Virus record (IMG/VR): IMGVR_UViG_3300044706_000059
Span: 1 to 64,000 of that record
DNA length: 64,000 bases
Source of the DNA: an uncultured virus (IMG/VR IMGVR_UViG_3300044706_000059)
Lineage: Duplodnaviria > Heunggongvirae > Uroviricota > Caudoviricetes > Crassvirales
Reading direction: 5' to 3' (one strand)
The notes beneath the pieces were generated by a model. It worked only from the letters and a program-made list of their open reading frames with translations, was not told the DNA's origin and did no database searches. Below, piece by piece: positions 50,864 through 60,680 of this stretch (position 1 is the first letter of the stretch; each line of letters opens with the position of its first letter). A program made the translations under genes and the position numbers.

Positions 50864-51298
50864 ATGGTATCAAAATATATAAACCAAGAGGAATTTAAAC
50901 AAGCGATCAAGGTGGCATTTGTGAATGATACCGCCGTGTTCACCTTATATAATCCTAATACACCCGTACGAACAGTAGAAGATATAATAAAAGATATTTC
51001 TACAAGAATACATGCAGATGTAACAAATGCAGAAATTAAGGGCGTATATGATAAAAATACATTAGTAGGATACTATGTAATAGATATGCCTCATAAGACA
51101 TTAGTGAGCTTTGGGTTGAATATAGGTTATAGAAAAAGGAAGTATTTGAAGAAATTTTGGTCCTTAATACGTACGGATTTAAAAGGTATATTTCAGTGCT
51201 TTTTATGGAGCAGAAATGCACGTGCATGCAAATGGTTACAAAAAAATGGAATGAAAATAATAGCAGCAGATAATTTGCTAACACATTTAACTTTTTAA
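50864..51298 (+). CDS. Putative GNAT-fold protein between tail and ejection genes
   Basis: YRKR..NARACKWLQKNGM; position analogous to T7 gp13. Confidence 0.5.
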   Translation: MVSKYINQEEFKQAIKVAFVNDTAVFTLYNPNTPVRTVEDIIKDISTRIHADVTNAEIKGVYDKNTLVGYYVIDMPHKTLVSFGLNIGYRKRKYLKKFWSLIRTDLKGIFQCFLWSRNARACKWLQKNGMKIIAADNLLTHLTF

Positions 51299-51300
51299 AG

Positions 51301-51984
51301 ATGCCTGTTACAAGTTCAGCAATCATAGGAGCAGCAAATTCTGCCAAACAAACATTAGGAGGAGAAATTCAAGCTGCAATTGGATTTTTTGGAGGGAGGA
51401 AGGCTAAAAAGGAATTGGAAAATCTTCAAACGCCTACTTATACTCCAAGTAAAAGTATTACTGATTACTATAATGAAGCATTGAGACGATATCAGGAATC
51501 TCCATATCAAAGTAATTTGTATAAAATGCAAGCGCAAAATATTATGCGCGGCACTCAACAAGGACTTGCAGGATTGCAAGATAGAAGAAGTGCTTTGGCA
51601 GGGGTGTCGGGATTAGTACAGGCGCAAAATGATGCTCTGTTGAAAGCTGGAGTTGCGGCTGAACAGCAGCAAAACCAACGTTTTGGACAATATGGAGCCG
51701 CATCTAATGCAATGGCTGGTGAGCAAAGGCAAGCATTTAACATAAACCAAATGTTGCCTTATCAAAAACAGTATAACATATTGTCACAAAAAGCTGCCGG
51801 ATATAGTCAATTACTAAATGCTGGATTACAAAATATGTGGGGAGGGGGGCAAGCTGCTAGTACTTATGGCTCAGGTTTAGGAAGTATGAGTAGTTTAACA
51901 GGAAGTAATAATCTAAATAGTTATGGACAGGATAGATATTTACCTCCTGATACATATAAAATTCCTTTAGCATCAATATCATAA
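51301..51984 (+). CDS. Internal virion / ejection protein
   Basis: A/G/Q-rich helical protein. Confidence 0.6.
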   Translation: MPVTSSAIIGAANSAKQTLGGEIQAAIGFFGGRKAKKELENLQTPTYTPSKSITDYYNEALRRYQESPYQSNLYKMQAQNIMRGTQQGLAGLQDRRSALAGVSGLVQAQNDALLKAGVAAEQQQNQRFGQYGAASNAMAGEQRQAFNINQMLPYQKQYNILSQKAAGYSQLLNAGLQNMWGGGQAASTYGSGLGSMSSLTGSNNLNSYGQDRYLPPDTYKIPLASIS

Positions 51985-51991
51985 AAATATA

Positions 51992-53458
51992 ATGGCAGTA
52001 GCTACTATAAATCCTTGGGCAGCGGGAGCTGTTGTATTTGATCAGCGTCCATTTTTACAGTTCTATGAGCAACAAATGGCTCGTAAACAAGCAAAAGATG
52101 ATGCTTTAGATAATTATTTCCGTGACCTTAATAAAAATGTTACATCTGCCGGCATGCGTTCACAAGATGTATCTAGTTTATTGAAAAAGCAACAGGATGC
52201 ACAGCAGTATTATTTTCAAAATAAGGCTCAGATATTAAATCCAAAATTAGATAATGGAGCAGCTTATTCCGAATATCAGGCACGGCATCAAGACATGCTA
52301 GGGTTAATTGATCAAAGCAAAGAAGCTGCTAAATCTATGGATGAGATAGGTAAAATGAAGTTAAACCCTCAGATGTCATACATATTTGAAGACCCAAAAT
52401 TCATGGATCAATTACGATCCCATGAATTACCAATAGGTGATCCAAATAGGAAGGGTATAACTTTAGCTTCATTAACTGTTCCAGATAAACCAGTTGATAT
52501 TAAAGAATGGGATGCGTATAATAAATATTTAACAGGAGGAATACCACATGATAAAATACCTGGAGAAACAAAAAGTATAGGTAATTTCAAAACAAGCACC
52601 CCTATTTATCAGCAATACAGTCCTGAAAATCAAAAAGTAATTGCCGAGCATGCAATGAATGCTTACGAAAGTGATAGAAGATGGCGTACAGAAGCTAACA
52701 AAACATTTCAGGATATTATGCATGATCCTATGAAATATGATCAGTATAATAAAATGTATAAATCTATATACGGGAAAGATATTGATACTCCTAAAGAAGC
52801 ATGGGCAGCAAAAGGGATTATAGATAATAATATGAAGGCGGTGGAATACAAAGAAGGAGAAGACTTTGTGGCTAAGGAAAGATTCAAAGATGCTTTAAGT
52901 AGAGCAAGCCAAGAAGAATTGATAAAATTCAGGAAAAATATTGATCCTAATGATATGGAATTGAATAATCAATGGATTGATCGGTATTTACAAAACAGAT
53001 TGCAAACCGCAATGTCAGATGAAGCCAATTATAGAAAAGTTTATACACCACATACAACAAAGTACGGATATGAAATAAGCATGGATCCGGTTTTGGCAAA
53101 GTCATTTTCAAGGGGAGGCAGTGAACCAGATAGACTATATGTAACAGATGATGGACAAAAAATATGGCCTATCTTCTATAAATACGAAAAAGACCCTAAA
53201 ACAAAACAAACCATTCTTGTTAAAAATGATAAAGGCGATCCAGTGATAGATGAAGATATTAGTAAACCTTTAGAAATGGATCAAGCTAAATTAGCAATGG
53301 GATATAGAGGAGAAACAAAAAAACAGTTAGGCAAGACTATGAGTTCCAAAACTAAATCGACACAACCTAAATATCCTTTGCCGGCAGGTAAACCTGCAAC
53401 AGTAAAACAAAACGGATATACATATCATTGGAATAGCGAAATAGGATCGTATGAGTAG
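51992..53458 (+). CDS. Internal virion / ejection protein
   Basis: 488-aa helical protein; C-terminal QNGYTYHWN..YE. Confidence 0.6.
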   Translation: MAVATINPWAAGAVVFDQRPFLQFYEQQMARKQAKDDALDNYFRDLNKNVTSAGMRSQDVSSLLKKQQDAQQYYFQNKAQILNPKLDNGAAYSEYQARHQDMLGLIDQSKEAAKSMDEIGKMKLNPQMSYIFEDPKFMDQLRSHELPIGDPNRKGITLASLTVPDKPVDIKEWDAYNKYLTGGIPHDKIPGETKSIGNFKTSTPIYQQYSPENQKVIAEHAMNAYESDRRWRTEANKTFQDIMHDPMKYDQYNKMYKSIYGKDIDTPKEAWAAKGIIDNNMKAVEYKEGEDFVAKERFKDALSRASQEELIKFRKNIDPNDMELNNQWIDRYLQNRLQTAMSDEANYRKVYTPHTTKYGYEISMDPVLAKSFSRGGSEPDRLYVTDDGQKIWPIFYKYEKDPKTKQTILVKNDKGDPVIDEDISKPLEMDQAKLAMGYRGETKKQLGKTMSSKTKSTQPKYPLPAGKPATVKQNGYTYHWNSEIGSYE

Positions 53459-56400
53459 TAAAACATTTCCATCTAGTGGCACAAAGCCAAAATTTAACCC
53501 AGATGCAGATTATGAAGCTGTAGCAGATGCTCCTACGCCGAAAAGTAATAAACCCGCTTTTAATCCAAATGCTCATTTTGAACCAGTTCATGAAGAAAGA
53601 ACAGAGCCGGTTGCACAACCGGCTTTTCATGTTGAATTATCAACCCCTACATTTAAATCAGCACCTGCACAAACAGGGCCTAATACCTTTCAATATAATG
53701 CACCCGCAGAAGCAGGCGACATTATTAAACTAGGAGGTAAAGCTAGAGTAGCACAAGAAAATCTACATAAAGAATTATCTACCAATAAACAAGCATTAGG
53801 CAGAGTTATAGTTAATGATAGGATAAAGCAACAAGAAAAAAATAGACAAGCGGGCATAGTCGGCCCACAATTAACTGATCCATTATTTATAACTGATGAC
53901 GATTTAAATAAGGTAAATACCGAAGCTACAACTAATAGAGATAGAGCTAACCAAGTACTTAGTGCTGCCATGCAAATAAATCCTGAAAAAGCTCAGGAAA
54001 TACAAAAGAATGCTTACATGGTGGATGCCTTTAATAATGCTGCTCAGGATGTGAACGGAAATGAAAGGGTTAATAAAATAGAAGAAAACGCAAAGGCTAT
54101 TAGCAAAGGAGAATTGAATTATGACCATCACAACCAAATATTAAGTAAGCCGGAAGGATTCTTTGGAAGTTTAGTTTCTGCAAGAAATGAATTGAATAGA
54201 TTATCTGATGCCTACGATTATACCAAAAAAATGGAAGATGGAGGAAATGAAGCAGGTATAATAATGGAATTGAATAATAGAATAAAACGTGATCCAGATG
54301 AACCTGTTAAAATGCCAACAGGGTTATTGGGACATTTAGGCGCTAATATTGGAGGAATGCCCATTAAGGGATTAGCCGCCGGTACTGTAGCAGGTATTGG
54401 TACCTCACTGTTAGGTAATCCAGAAGCATCCGAAGCTGCGTTTAATATGGCAAGTGCAGGGGTAAATGCTAATGATATGTACAAAATAGGATATCAAAAT
54501 GCATTAGAGCAAAACTATGCCCTATTAAAACGGGATCATCCAGATATGCCAGATTATACCGCTTTTAAACAAGCTCAGGATTTAGCAGGTAAACAAGCGG
54601 TGGTTGATGCTGCATCGGCAGCAGCAATGCAATATTTAGGAGGCAAAGCCGGTTTTGGGGCAAGTAAACAATTGGCAAAGGGAATATCGAGTGGCTTATC
54701 ACAAGTAAAAGATGAATTGGGTAAAAAAGCATTTGAATCATTAGGGGTAGGTGCTATAGGGGCTGGCGGCCAAACTATAAAAAATCTGATGGCTCAAAAT
54801 GCAGGATTGAATGTACCCACATCCGAAGGCGCAATGGATCAATTTACTACAGGATTATTAATGACAGGTGCAATGTCAATGTTAGGATTAGGTAAAGATA
54901 TTTTGAAACCATTCACAAAAGCCAAATTAGCAAGTGGTATAGCTAAATTACCTGATAATGTAGTTGAACAAGGATTAAATAAAGTAGAGCAAGCAGGTCA
55001 TTTAACACCAGAACAGTTACAGAATGTAAAAGATATAATTAGCGAACAAAAAGCATTAGAAAATTCAATACCAGAAACGCTGCCGGAAAGCGATAGACAA
55101 AAAATAGGTGACAAGATAAAGGAGCGTTCACAACTAAAACAGCAATTAGAACAAGTAGATGAAGCGTATCATCCTGAATTAAAAGATAAAATAAAAAAAC
55201 TAAATGAAGATATATTAAGCATATCGAAAGGTTCAGAACGAGGTGAATTGCAACAGTTAGTTCATGGCGAAATTAACAAAGGGAATGTGCAAGGATATTT
55301 AACCGATATCCTACGAAATGCCAACGAAAAGGAATTAGAGCAATATATGAAGGAAATTTCCGAGCAAGCACATGATCCAGCATCCGAAGAAAATACAATT
55401 AAAACCTTCGGAGAAAAAATAGTTAATAAGGCTAAAGAATTATATCCGAAAAAAGAATCAGCCGTTTCAGTAATACAACCTGGGGAAATAAAACAACCTG
55501 AAACTATTACAATTGCACCACGCGAAAGGCCATCAGATATAAAATCTACTGAAAATGTATCAGTAATAATGCCTAATGAGGCAGGAGCCGGTAAGGTAGT
55601 TCCCGACAATATTGGTCATGTGGAAGTTAGCGAACATGGGGAAGATACCAAAACGGAAGCTGGTCAAGAAAATGGTACTCAACCTTCCAAACTTTCCGAA
55701 GATGGAATTAAGGAAGCTAAAGAACTGGGCAATTATTTAGCAGAAAATAATAAAACAAAAATAATTACCAGTGAAGTTCAGCGGGCGCAAGAAACGGCCC
55801 ATACTGCTGCTGCGGAAGTCAAAAATGCAACTGGTAAAGAAATACCAGTAGAAACTAACCCTTTGTTAAATACATGGAATATTGGTGAATATGACGGTAA
55901 GCCAGAAGGATCATTCAATGAAAAAGAATGGATAGATAAACCCAATGAAGCCCCAAAAGGCGGGGAAAGTTTTAATGACTTTAAAGGTCGTATGGAGCAA
56001 GCATATCAATATGTAAAATCATTACCAGAAGATAATCACGTCGTTTCTCATTCAAAAGTAATGAGAGCATTAGAAGCCTTAAAACAAACAGATGGTAAAT
56101 GGACAGACGAAACAACAAAGGAATTTTTAAACAATAAAGAATTACCCAATGCCGTTCCAATCCAAAGCACAAATGGCCTGGATGTTCGCCAACAAACCGG
56201 CAATGGCGAAACGATGGGCGAAGGAAACACCCAACCCGAAATCATTACCGGAACACAAGGAGGAAGCACCGAAGAAAAAAGTAATGATCAAGGTGAGGAA
56301 AACAAAATAGAAAATCTTACCATTGATGATGCATACGGATTACCATTTATTGATGAACCGGGAGATAAAAGAACAGGGGTTAAAAATAAAATTTCTGACC

Positions 56401-59036
56401 AAATAAGATTTGAGAGAAAACTACCGGAAGTGCCAATTATAAAAATGGGCTCGGATGTAGAAAAATTACAATTAGGGAAGGAGTTAGTAGATAGTGGTAA
56501 AATAAATCCATTAGATATTGTAAATAGAGTATTGAATGCGCCAGAAGGGGAACATGGAGTACAACCGAATGAAGTATTAGCATTACAATATTATATGCAT
56601 CAATTAAATAAACATGAGACTAATTTAAGGGAACAAAAAGCTAGGGCGGAAACTCCCATAGAAGAAGCTGAAATAAATGGGCAATTGCAACAATTGTCTG
56701 ATGAAATAGACGCTGCTACTAGAGCAAATAAAATAAGTGGGAATGCATGGCATTACGTGGGAGATTTTAGACAAATAGAGGTAGATACTGGTTATAATCC
56801 TCACAGAGACGTAGATTTAATTAGAGACGCGTATGGAGGAGAAATTCCTTCGGAAGTAAAAGCTCGGTTGGATAAAGTATTGAAAGAAAGAGATGACGCA
56901 TTAAATAAATTAGCTAAACTTCAAATAGAACAGACTAAGCAAGCCGCGGATGAAACTATAAAAAAGGAAAGTCCGCCAAAGAATCCTAAAAAATCAGCTA
57001 CTGACTTTAAGAATGAACGTACAGAAATAAAAAAATCCATTTCAGATAAATTAAAGAAAGGAAGAACAGGTGAAAGTGGGTTGACTGCCGTTCCATTACC
57101 ATTTGCAAAAGAACTTATTTCGATAACGCCTGAAATATTCCAGTTAATAAAAAGCTATGCAGAAGAAGGGGTGCAGAAAACAGAGGAAATAATTAACCGT
57201 TTACACGAAGTATTAAAAGATGAATTGGATGGTATTCAAAAATCAGATATTGTTAACTTATTGGCTGGTAAGTATAAGGCACAAGGTGAAGAAGTTGACC
57301 CGATAGCACAACGAATAAGAGATTATAGAACGGAAGCTAATATTTGGACTAAAATTGCTGCCGCGCTTAAAATGGAGGAAGATACGCCTAAGAAAAAAGA
57401 GGAAAAGAATAAAAAATTACAGGATTTACGAGATCGGTTAAATGACATACGGAAGCGCAATAAGGAAGCAGTTAAAGAAATACAATCCATTCTGACACCG
57501 GAAATGGCTAAAAAAGAATTAACGGATGCCGAAAAGGAACTAAATAGGTTAGAAAAGTTAAGAAAGTCAACAGAAACCAAATTTGCTAATAAAAAATATC
57601 TACAACCAGAAACTAAAAAAAGTACAGCTCTTAATACTGCTATAGTAAAAGAAAAACAACGTATAGCGAATGCCCAATATAATATTAGAGTAGAAAAAAG
57701 AAAGGCATTTGAATCTCAAAAGAACTTTTACCAAAAAGCATTAATGTGGACAGGCAGAGCTATAAGACTTTCTATATTGTCAGGGTATAATGTATTAGGT
57801 AAATTGGCTGCTGCTGCTACTATAGGTGGTGCAGGAAAGCGTATTCCAGAACAAGCAATCGGATTTATTTATGGTCAAGCATTCAGAGGAATAGCCGAGA
57901 AAGCGCCAATTGAAGGATTTACAAATGCAAAGGCAGAAGCTAAATTTTATAAAGAGTTCTTTAATCCAAAAACCTTTGCAAAAAATGCATGGCAAATATT
58001 AAAAACTGGAGAATCACCACTAAGCAAACAATTTTCAAGTGGACAATATGAACATATTCCCGGCTTATATTTGCCTACTGATTTGCACCAGATTATTAAA
58101 GACCCATTGAAACGTGCTACTTATGAAGCATCATTGAAAAATGCTATGGTGTGGGCTGAAAGACAAGGGTTAGATATTAACGATGACTTGGTAATGCAGT
58201 CATTGCAAACAGCGGCTTACAAACGGGCCCAGTATGAAATATTCCAAGAATCAAACGTTTTGTCGCGCAAATTTGGTGAATGGAAAAGCAATATGGAGAA
58301 AAAGGGTAATTGGGGAGCGACAGGTAAATTTTTGGCTGATTTCATGGTGCCGGTAAGTACAGTGCCTACTAATATTGCCCGGCGTGTTGTAACTACCTCA
58401 CCATTAGGACTAATACGCGGGGGAGTTAAAGTTGTTGAAGCCTACAGAAAAGGAATAGAAAATCTCACCCCAGAAGAGGCCGATTCAGTAATGAAGCAGC
58501 TAAAACAGGGTACATTGGGTACGGCTTTATGGTTAATAGGTTGGTATGGTGCTTCTTATTTTGGTGGTTTATATAGTAAATTCAACCCAAATAAAAGCCG
58601 TGATCAGGGCGAATTAAAATCGGATGAAATGTCGGTAGGAGGGAAAATGATTCCAAAGCCAATACAACACGCGTTACCATTAGAAGTGATTCAATTTGCG
58701 GCAACAGCCCGACACGTTTATGATCATTATAGTGATAAAGGTGCATCCACAGCGGAAACAATTGAGAAAGCAGGCTTAGCAAGCATAGGGGGATTAACTG
58801 AACAAATTCCAATCCTTGAATCAGCAGTGCACGCTATTGGCGCAACTACCGATCCGTACGAAGCTAAAAAACTAGAAGATGACGCAAAACGTAGGTTTGA
58901 ACCACAAATTTTGAAAGAAACAGGAATAATAGGAAAAGAATCTGGTGGTAGCGGAGGTGGTGCCGGCGCTACCGGAACAGTAAGCAAACCAACTAGAGAA
59001 CATAGACCTACAAGAACACATAAAACTCATAGATAA
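53451..59036 (+). CDS. Giant internal virion / ejection protein with a histidine-phosphatase-like domain
   Basis: 1861 aa; N-terminal FNPxAx(Y/F)ExV repeats; G/A-rich helices; EHG..LSEDG..SEVQRAQET..GESF..VSHS. Confidence 0.7.
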   Translation: MSSKTFPSSGTKPKFNPDADYEAVADAPTPKSNKPAFNPNAHFEPVHEERTEPVAQPAFHVELSTPTFKSAPAQTGPNTFQYNAPAEAGDIIKLGGKARVAQENLHKELSTNKQALGRVIVNDRIKQQEKNRQAGIVGPQLTDPLFITDDDLNKVNTEATTNRDRANQVLSAAMQINPEKAQEIQKNAYMVDAFNNAAQDVNGNERVNKIEENAKAISKGELNYDHHNQILSKPEGFFGSLVSARNELNRLSDAYDYTKKMEDGGNEAGIIMELNNRIKRDPDEPVKMPTGLLGHLGANIGGMPIKGLAAGTVAGIGTSLLGNPEASEAAFNMASAGVNANDMYKIGYQNALEQNYALLKRDHPDMPDYTAFKQAQDLAGKQAVVDAASAAAMQYLGGKAGFGASKQLAKGISSGLSQVKDELGKKAFESLGVGAIGAGGQTIKNLMAQNAGLNVPTSEGAMDQFTTGLLMTGAMSMLGLGKDILKPFTKAKLASGIAKLPDNVVEQGLNKVEQAGHLTPEQLQNVKDIISEQKALENSIPETLPESDRQKIGDKIKERSQLKQQLEQVDEAYHPELKDKIKKLNEDILSISKGSERGELQQLVHGEINKGNVQGYLTDILRNANEKELEQYMKEISEQAHDPASEENTIKTFGEKIVNKAKELYPKKESAVSVIQPGEIKQPETITIAPRERPSDIKSTENVSVIMPNEAGAGKVVPDNIGHVEVSEHGEDTKTEAGQENGTQPSKLSEDGIKEAKELGNYLAENNKTKIITSEVQRAQETAHTAAAEVKNATGKEIPVETNPLLNTWNIGEYDGKPEGSFNEKEWIDKPNEAPKGGESFNDFKGRMEQAYQYVKSLPEDNHVVSHSKVMRALEALKQTDGKWTDETTKEFLNNKELPNAVPIQSTNGLDVRQQTGNGETMGEGNTQPEIITGTQGGSTEEKSNDQGEENKIENLTIDDAYGLPFIDEPGDKRTGVKNKISDQIRFERKLPEVPIIKMGSDVEKLQLGKELVDSGKINPLDIVNRVLNAPEGEHGVQPNEVLALQYYMHQLNKHETNLREQKARAETPIEEAEINGQLQQLSDEIDAATRANKISGNAWHYVGDFRQIEVDTGYNPHRDVDLIRDAYGGEIPSEVKARLDKVLKERDDALNKLAKLQIEQTKQAADETIKKESPPKNPKKSATDFKNERTEIKKSISDKLKKGRTGESGLTAVPLPFAKELISITPEIFQLIKSYAEEGVQKTEEIINRLHEVLKDELDGIQKSDIVNLLAGKYKAQGEEVDPIAQRIRDYRTEANIWTKIAAALKMEEDTPKKKEEKNKKLQDLRDRLNDIRKRNKEAVKEIQSILTPEMAKKELTDAEKELNRLEKLRKSTETKFANKKYLQPETKKSTALNTAIVKEKQRIANAQYNIRVEKRKAFESQKNFYQKALMWTGRAIRLSILSGYNVLGKLAAAATIGGAGKRIPEQAIGFIYGQAFRGIAEKAPIEGFTNAKAEAKFYKEFFNPKTFAKNAWQILKTGESPLSKQFSSGQYEHIPGLYLPTDLHQIIKDPLKRATYEASLKNAMVWAERQGLDINDDLVMQSLQTAAYKRAQYEIFQESNVLSRKFGEWKSNMEKKGNWGATGKFLADFMVPVSTVPTNIARRVVTTSPLGLIRGGVKVVEAYRKGIENLTPEEADSVMKQLKQGTLGTALWLIGWYGASYFGGLYSKFNPNKSRDQGELKSDEMSVGGKMIPKPIQHALPLEVIQFAATARHVYDHYSDKGASTAETIEKAGLASIGGLTEQIPILESAVHAIGATTDPYEAKKLEDDAKRRFEPQILKETGIIGKESGGSGGGAGATGTVSKPTREHRPTRTHKTHR
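56149..56310 (+). CDS. Nested out-of-frame 53-aa basic protein (MPFQSKAQ type)
   Basis: MPFQSKAQMAWMFANKPAMAKRWAKETPNPKSLPEHKEEAPKKKVMIKVRKTK in the +1 frame of the giant gene. Confidence 0.65.
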   Translation: MPFQSKAQMAWMFANKPAMAKRWAKETPNPKSLPEHKEEAPKKKVMIKVRKTK

Positions 59037-59545
59037 TGGCTAAAAAGATAATGATAAAAGTAGCTCCTCCATCGGGTGACCCAAAAAATCCTACTGTTGA
59101 TCAGGGACCAGTTATTTTAAGCCCTGGTAAAACACCAATAGATCAAAACTTTGATTTAAGGGACAGGATTTATGAATTAATTGGAAGCCAAAACAATCTA
59201 AAACCCGGCGATCAGGCGGCCATTTATGCTAATTTAACTCGAATGCTGGGAAAGGATAGGGCAACAAAAGTAATGGATCATACGTATCTGTTCAATGCTA
59301 AACCAGAATACCAAAAATTGCCAATTGAGGAAAGAATTAAGCATTTTTACGATATTGGCTCCAATGATCCAGATGTACAAGACATAATGACTAAAACTAA
59401 GGTATTAGGCTATGGAACAGGGCAGGGATTCCGAACTTCACAAAGCCAAATAAATCAAGCATTGGCTGGCCGCATCCCCATTACCGAAACAACCGATATA
59501 ACGCCTGACGTTCAGAAAAAAATAATGCTTAAAGTAACCAAATAG
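59036..59545 (+). CDS. Hypothetical virion-region protein with KKIM(I/L)KV at both ends
   Basis: Coupled to the giant gene; followed by a TAGCAC/GTGCTA hairpin. Confidence 0.65.
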   Translation: MAKKIMIKVAPPSGDPKNPTVDQGPVILSPGKTPIDQNFDLRDRIYELIGSQNNLKPGDQAAIYANLTRMLGKDRATKVMDHTYLFNAKPEYQKLPIEERIKHFYDIGSNDPDVQDIMTKTKVLGYGTGQGFRTSQSQINQALAGRIPITETTDITPDVQKKIMLKVTK

Positions 59546-59598
59546 CACTTTAAAATGTGCTATTTTTATTATATTATTTTGTTAAAGCCTGATTTTGT

Positions 59599-60108
59599 AT
59601 GGCATTCAATGGAGCCTTTACAATCACTAGCGTTATTACGCCGGGGTCATTTATTTTAAATGATACCACTACTGGTTCAGATTCTAATCTGACTGATAGG
59701 AAAATTTCTTTATATCAAGCTGATGGAACTTTATTAGGTGGAGTACCAATTGATTTCCCTTACACTATGGGCAATTCAATTACTTTAAATGTATTGAATA
59801 TTGATTATTGCCTTCTTATTGCAGTTCAATGGATAAGTTCATCACCATTACCGCCTCCTTCATCTTACTCAGCATCAGGACTATATAATTTCCTCGGTAA
59901 CTCTTATTACTTTCTAAACAATTTAATAGGGGCCATTCAATCCAATCCTAATATTTTAAATGATGTAGGGTTTGATACCAATCTGAGTAAGTTACAAACA
60001 GATATAGATTGTAGTAGTCAAGCATCTTCTACTGGACAACAGGCAAGTGCGCAAGCAGCCTTATCAAGAATACAATCATTGATTGTTAATCAAAACTATT
60101 TTTTCTAA
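59599..60108 (+). CDS. Putative tail-fibre-associated structural protein
   Basis: LNDTTTGSD beta-rich N-terminus; TATTTTTG promoter box upstream. Confidence 0.55.
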   Translation: MAFNGAFTITSVITPGSFILNDTTTGSDSNLTDRKISLYQADGTLLGGVPIDFPYTMGNSITLNVLNIDYCLLIAVQWISSSPLPPPSSYSASGLYNFLGNSYYFLNNLIGAIQSNPNILNDVGFDTNLSKLQTDIDCSSQASSTGQQASAQAALSRIQSLIVNQNYFF

Positions 60109-60680
60109 TGTCAGTAGACGTTGCCTCATATATTCAAATAGCAAAGATTTGCCAATACTTAGCCGCAGATAAAGAATCAACTCAAAATTTATTATTTGGT
60201 GGTTATATACGGCCAAATCTTAGTAGGCTATTATATATTGTAAGAAATGGGGTTCAATGGTTGTATACTGTTAATCCCGCAGACCCAACTCTTGATGGGA
60301 AGGCCATTTATATGTATTCTTTATGTCAGCCATTTGTCGGGCAAGCGTTGCAAATAATAGGTAGTGGTGGTAGTGGTACAATAATAAATCCAGCAACGGG
60401 TGTAATTTCAACTATTCTTTCTAAGAATATTGAATTTAAGGTAGGCGACCCAGGGTCGCCCATGAATAATGGAGATACATCTTTAACACTAAATTATTCC
60501 TTTATCCTAAATTCAAGTATAATAATATCAGTAGATGGAGTTGACATGCCTATTGGGGTGACAGATAGAATTTCATTTACTCCTTTTTATAGTTCATTAA
60601 GCAGTAGCATATCATTTAACAATCCAGTTTCTACAGGTCAGTTATATAACATCAAATTCTTACAGTATATAAGTGTATAA
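60108..60680 (+). CDS. Putative tail-fibre-associated structural protein
   Basis: Helical N-half, beta-rich C-half; coupled to the fibre gene. Confidence 0.55.
   Translation: MSVDVASYIQIAKICQYLAADKESTQNLLFGGYIRPNLSRLLYIVRNGVQWLYTVNPADPTLDGKAIYMYSLCQPFVGQALQIIGSGGSGTIINPATGVISTILSKNIEFKVGDPGSPMNNGDTSLTLNYSFILNSSIIISVDGVDMPIGVTDRISFTPFYSSLSSSISFNNPVSTGQLYNIKFLQYISV

Noticed and set aside
51301..59036. Virion RNA polymerase subunits as in crAssphages
   Set aside because: No DxDxD-type polymerase motif seen; host-type promoters precede the late genes
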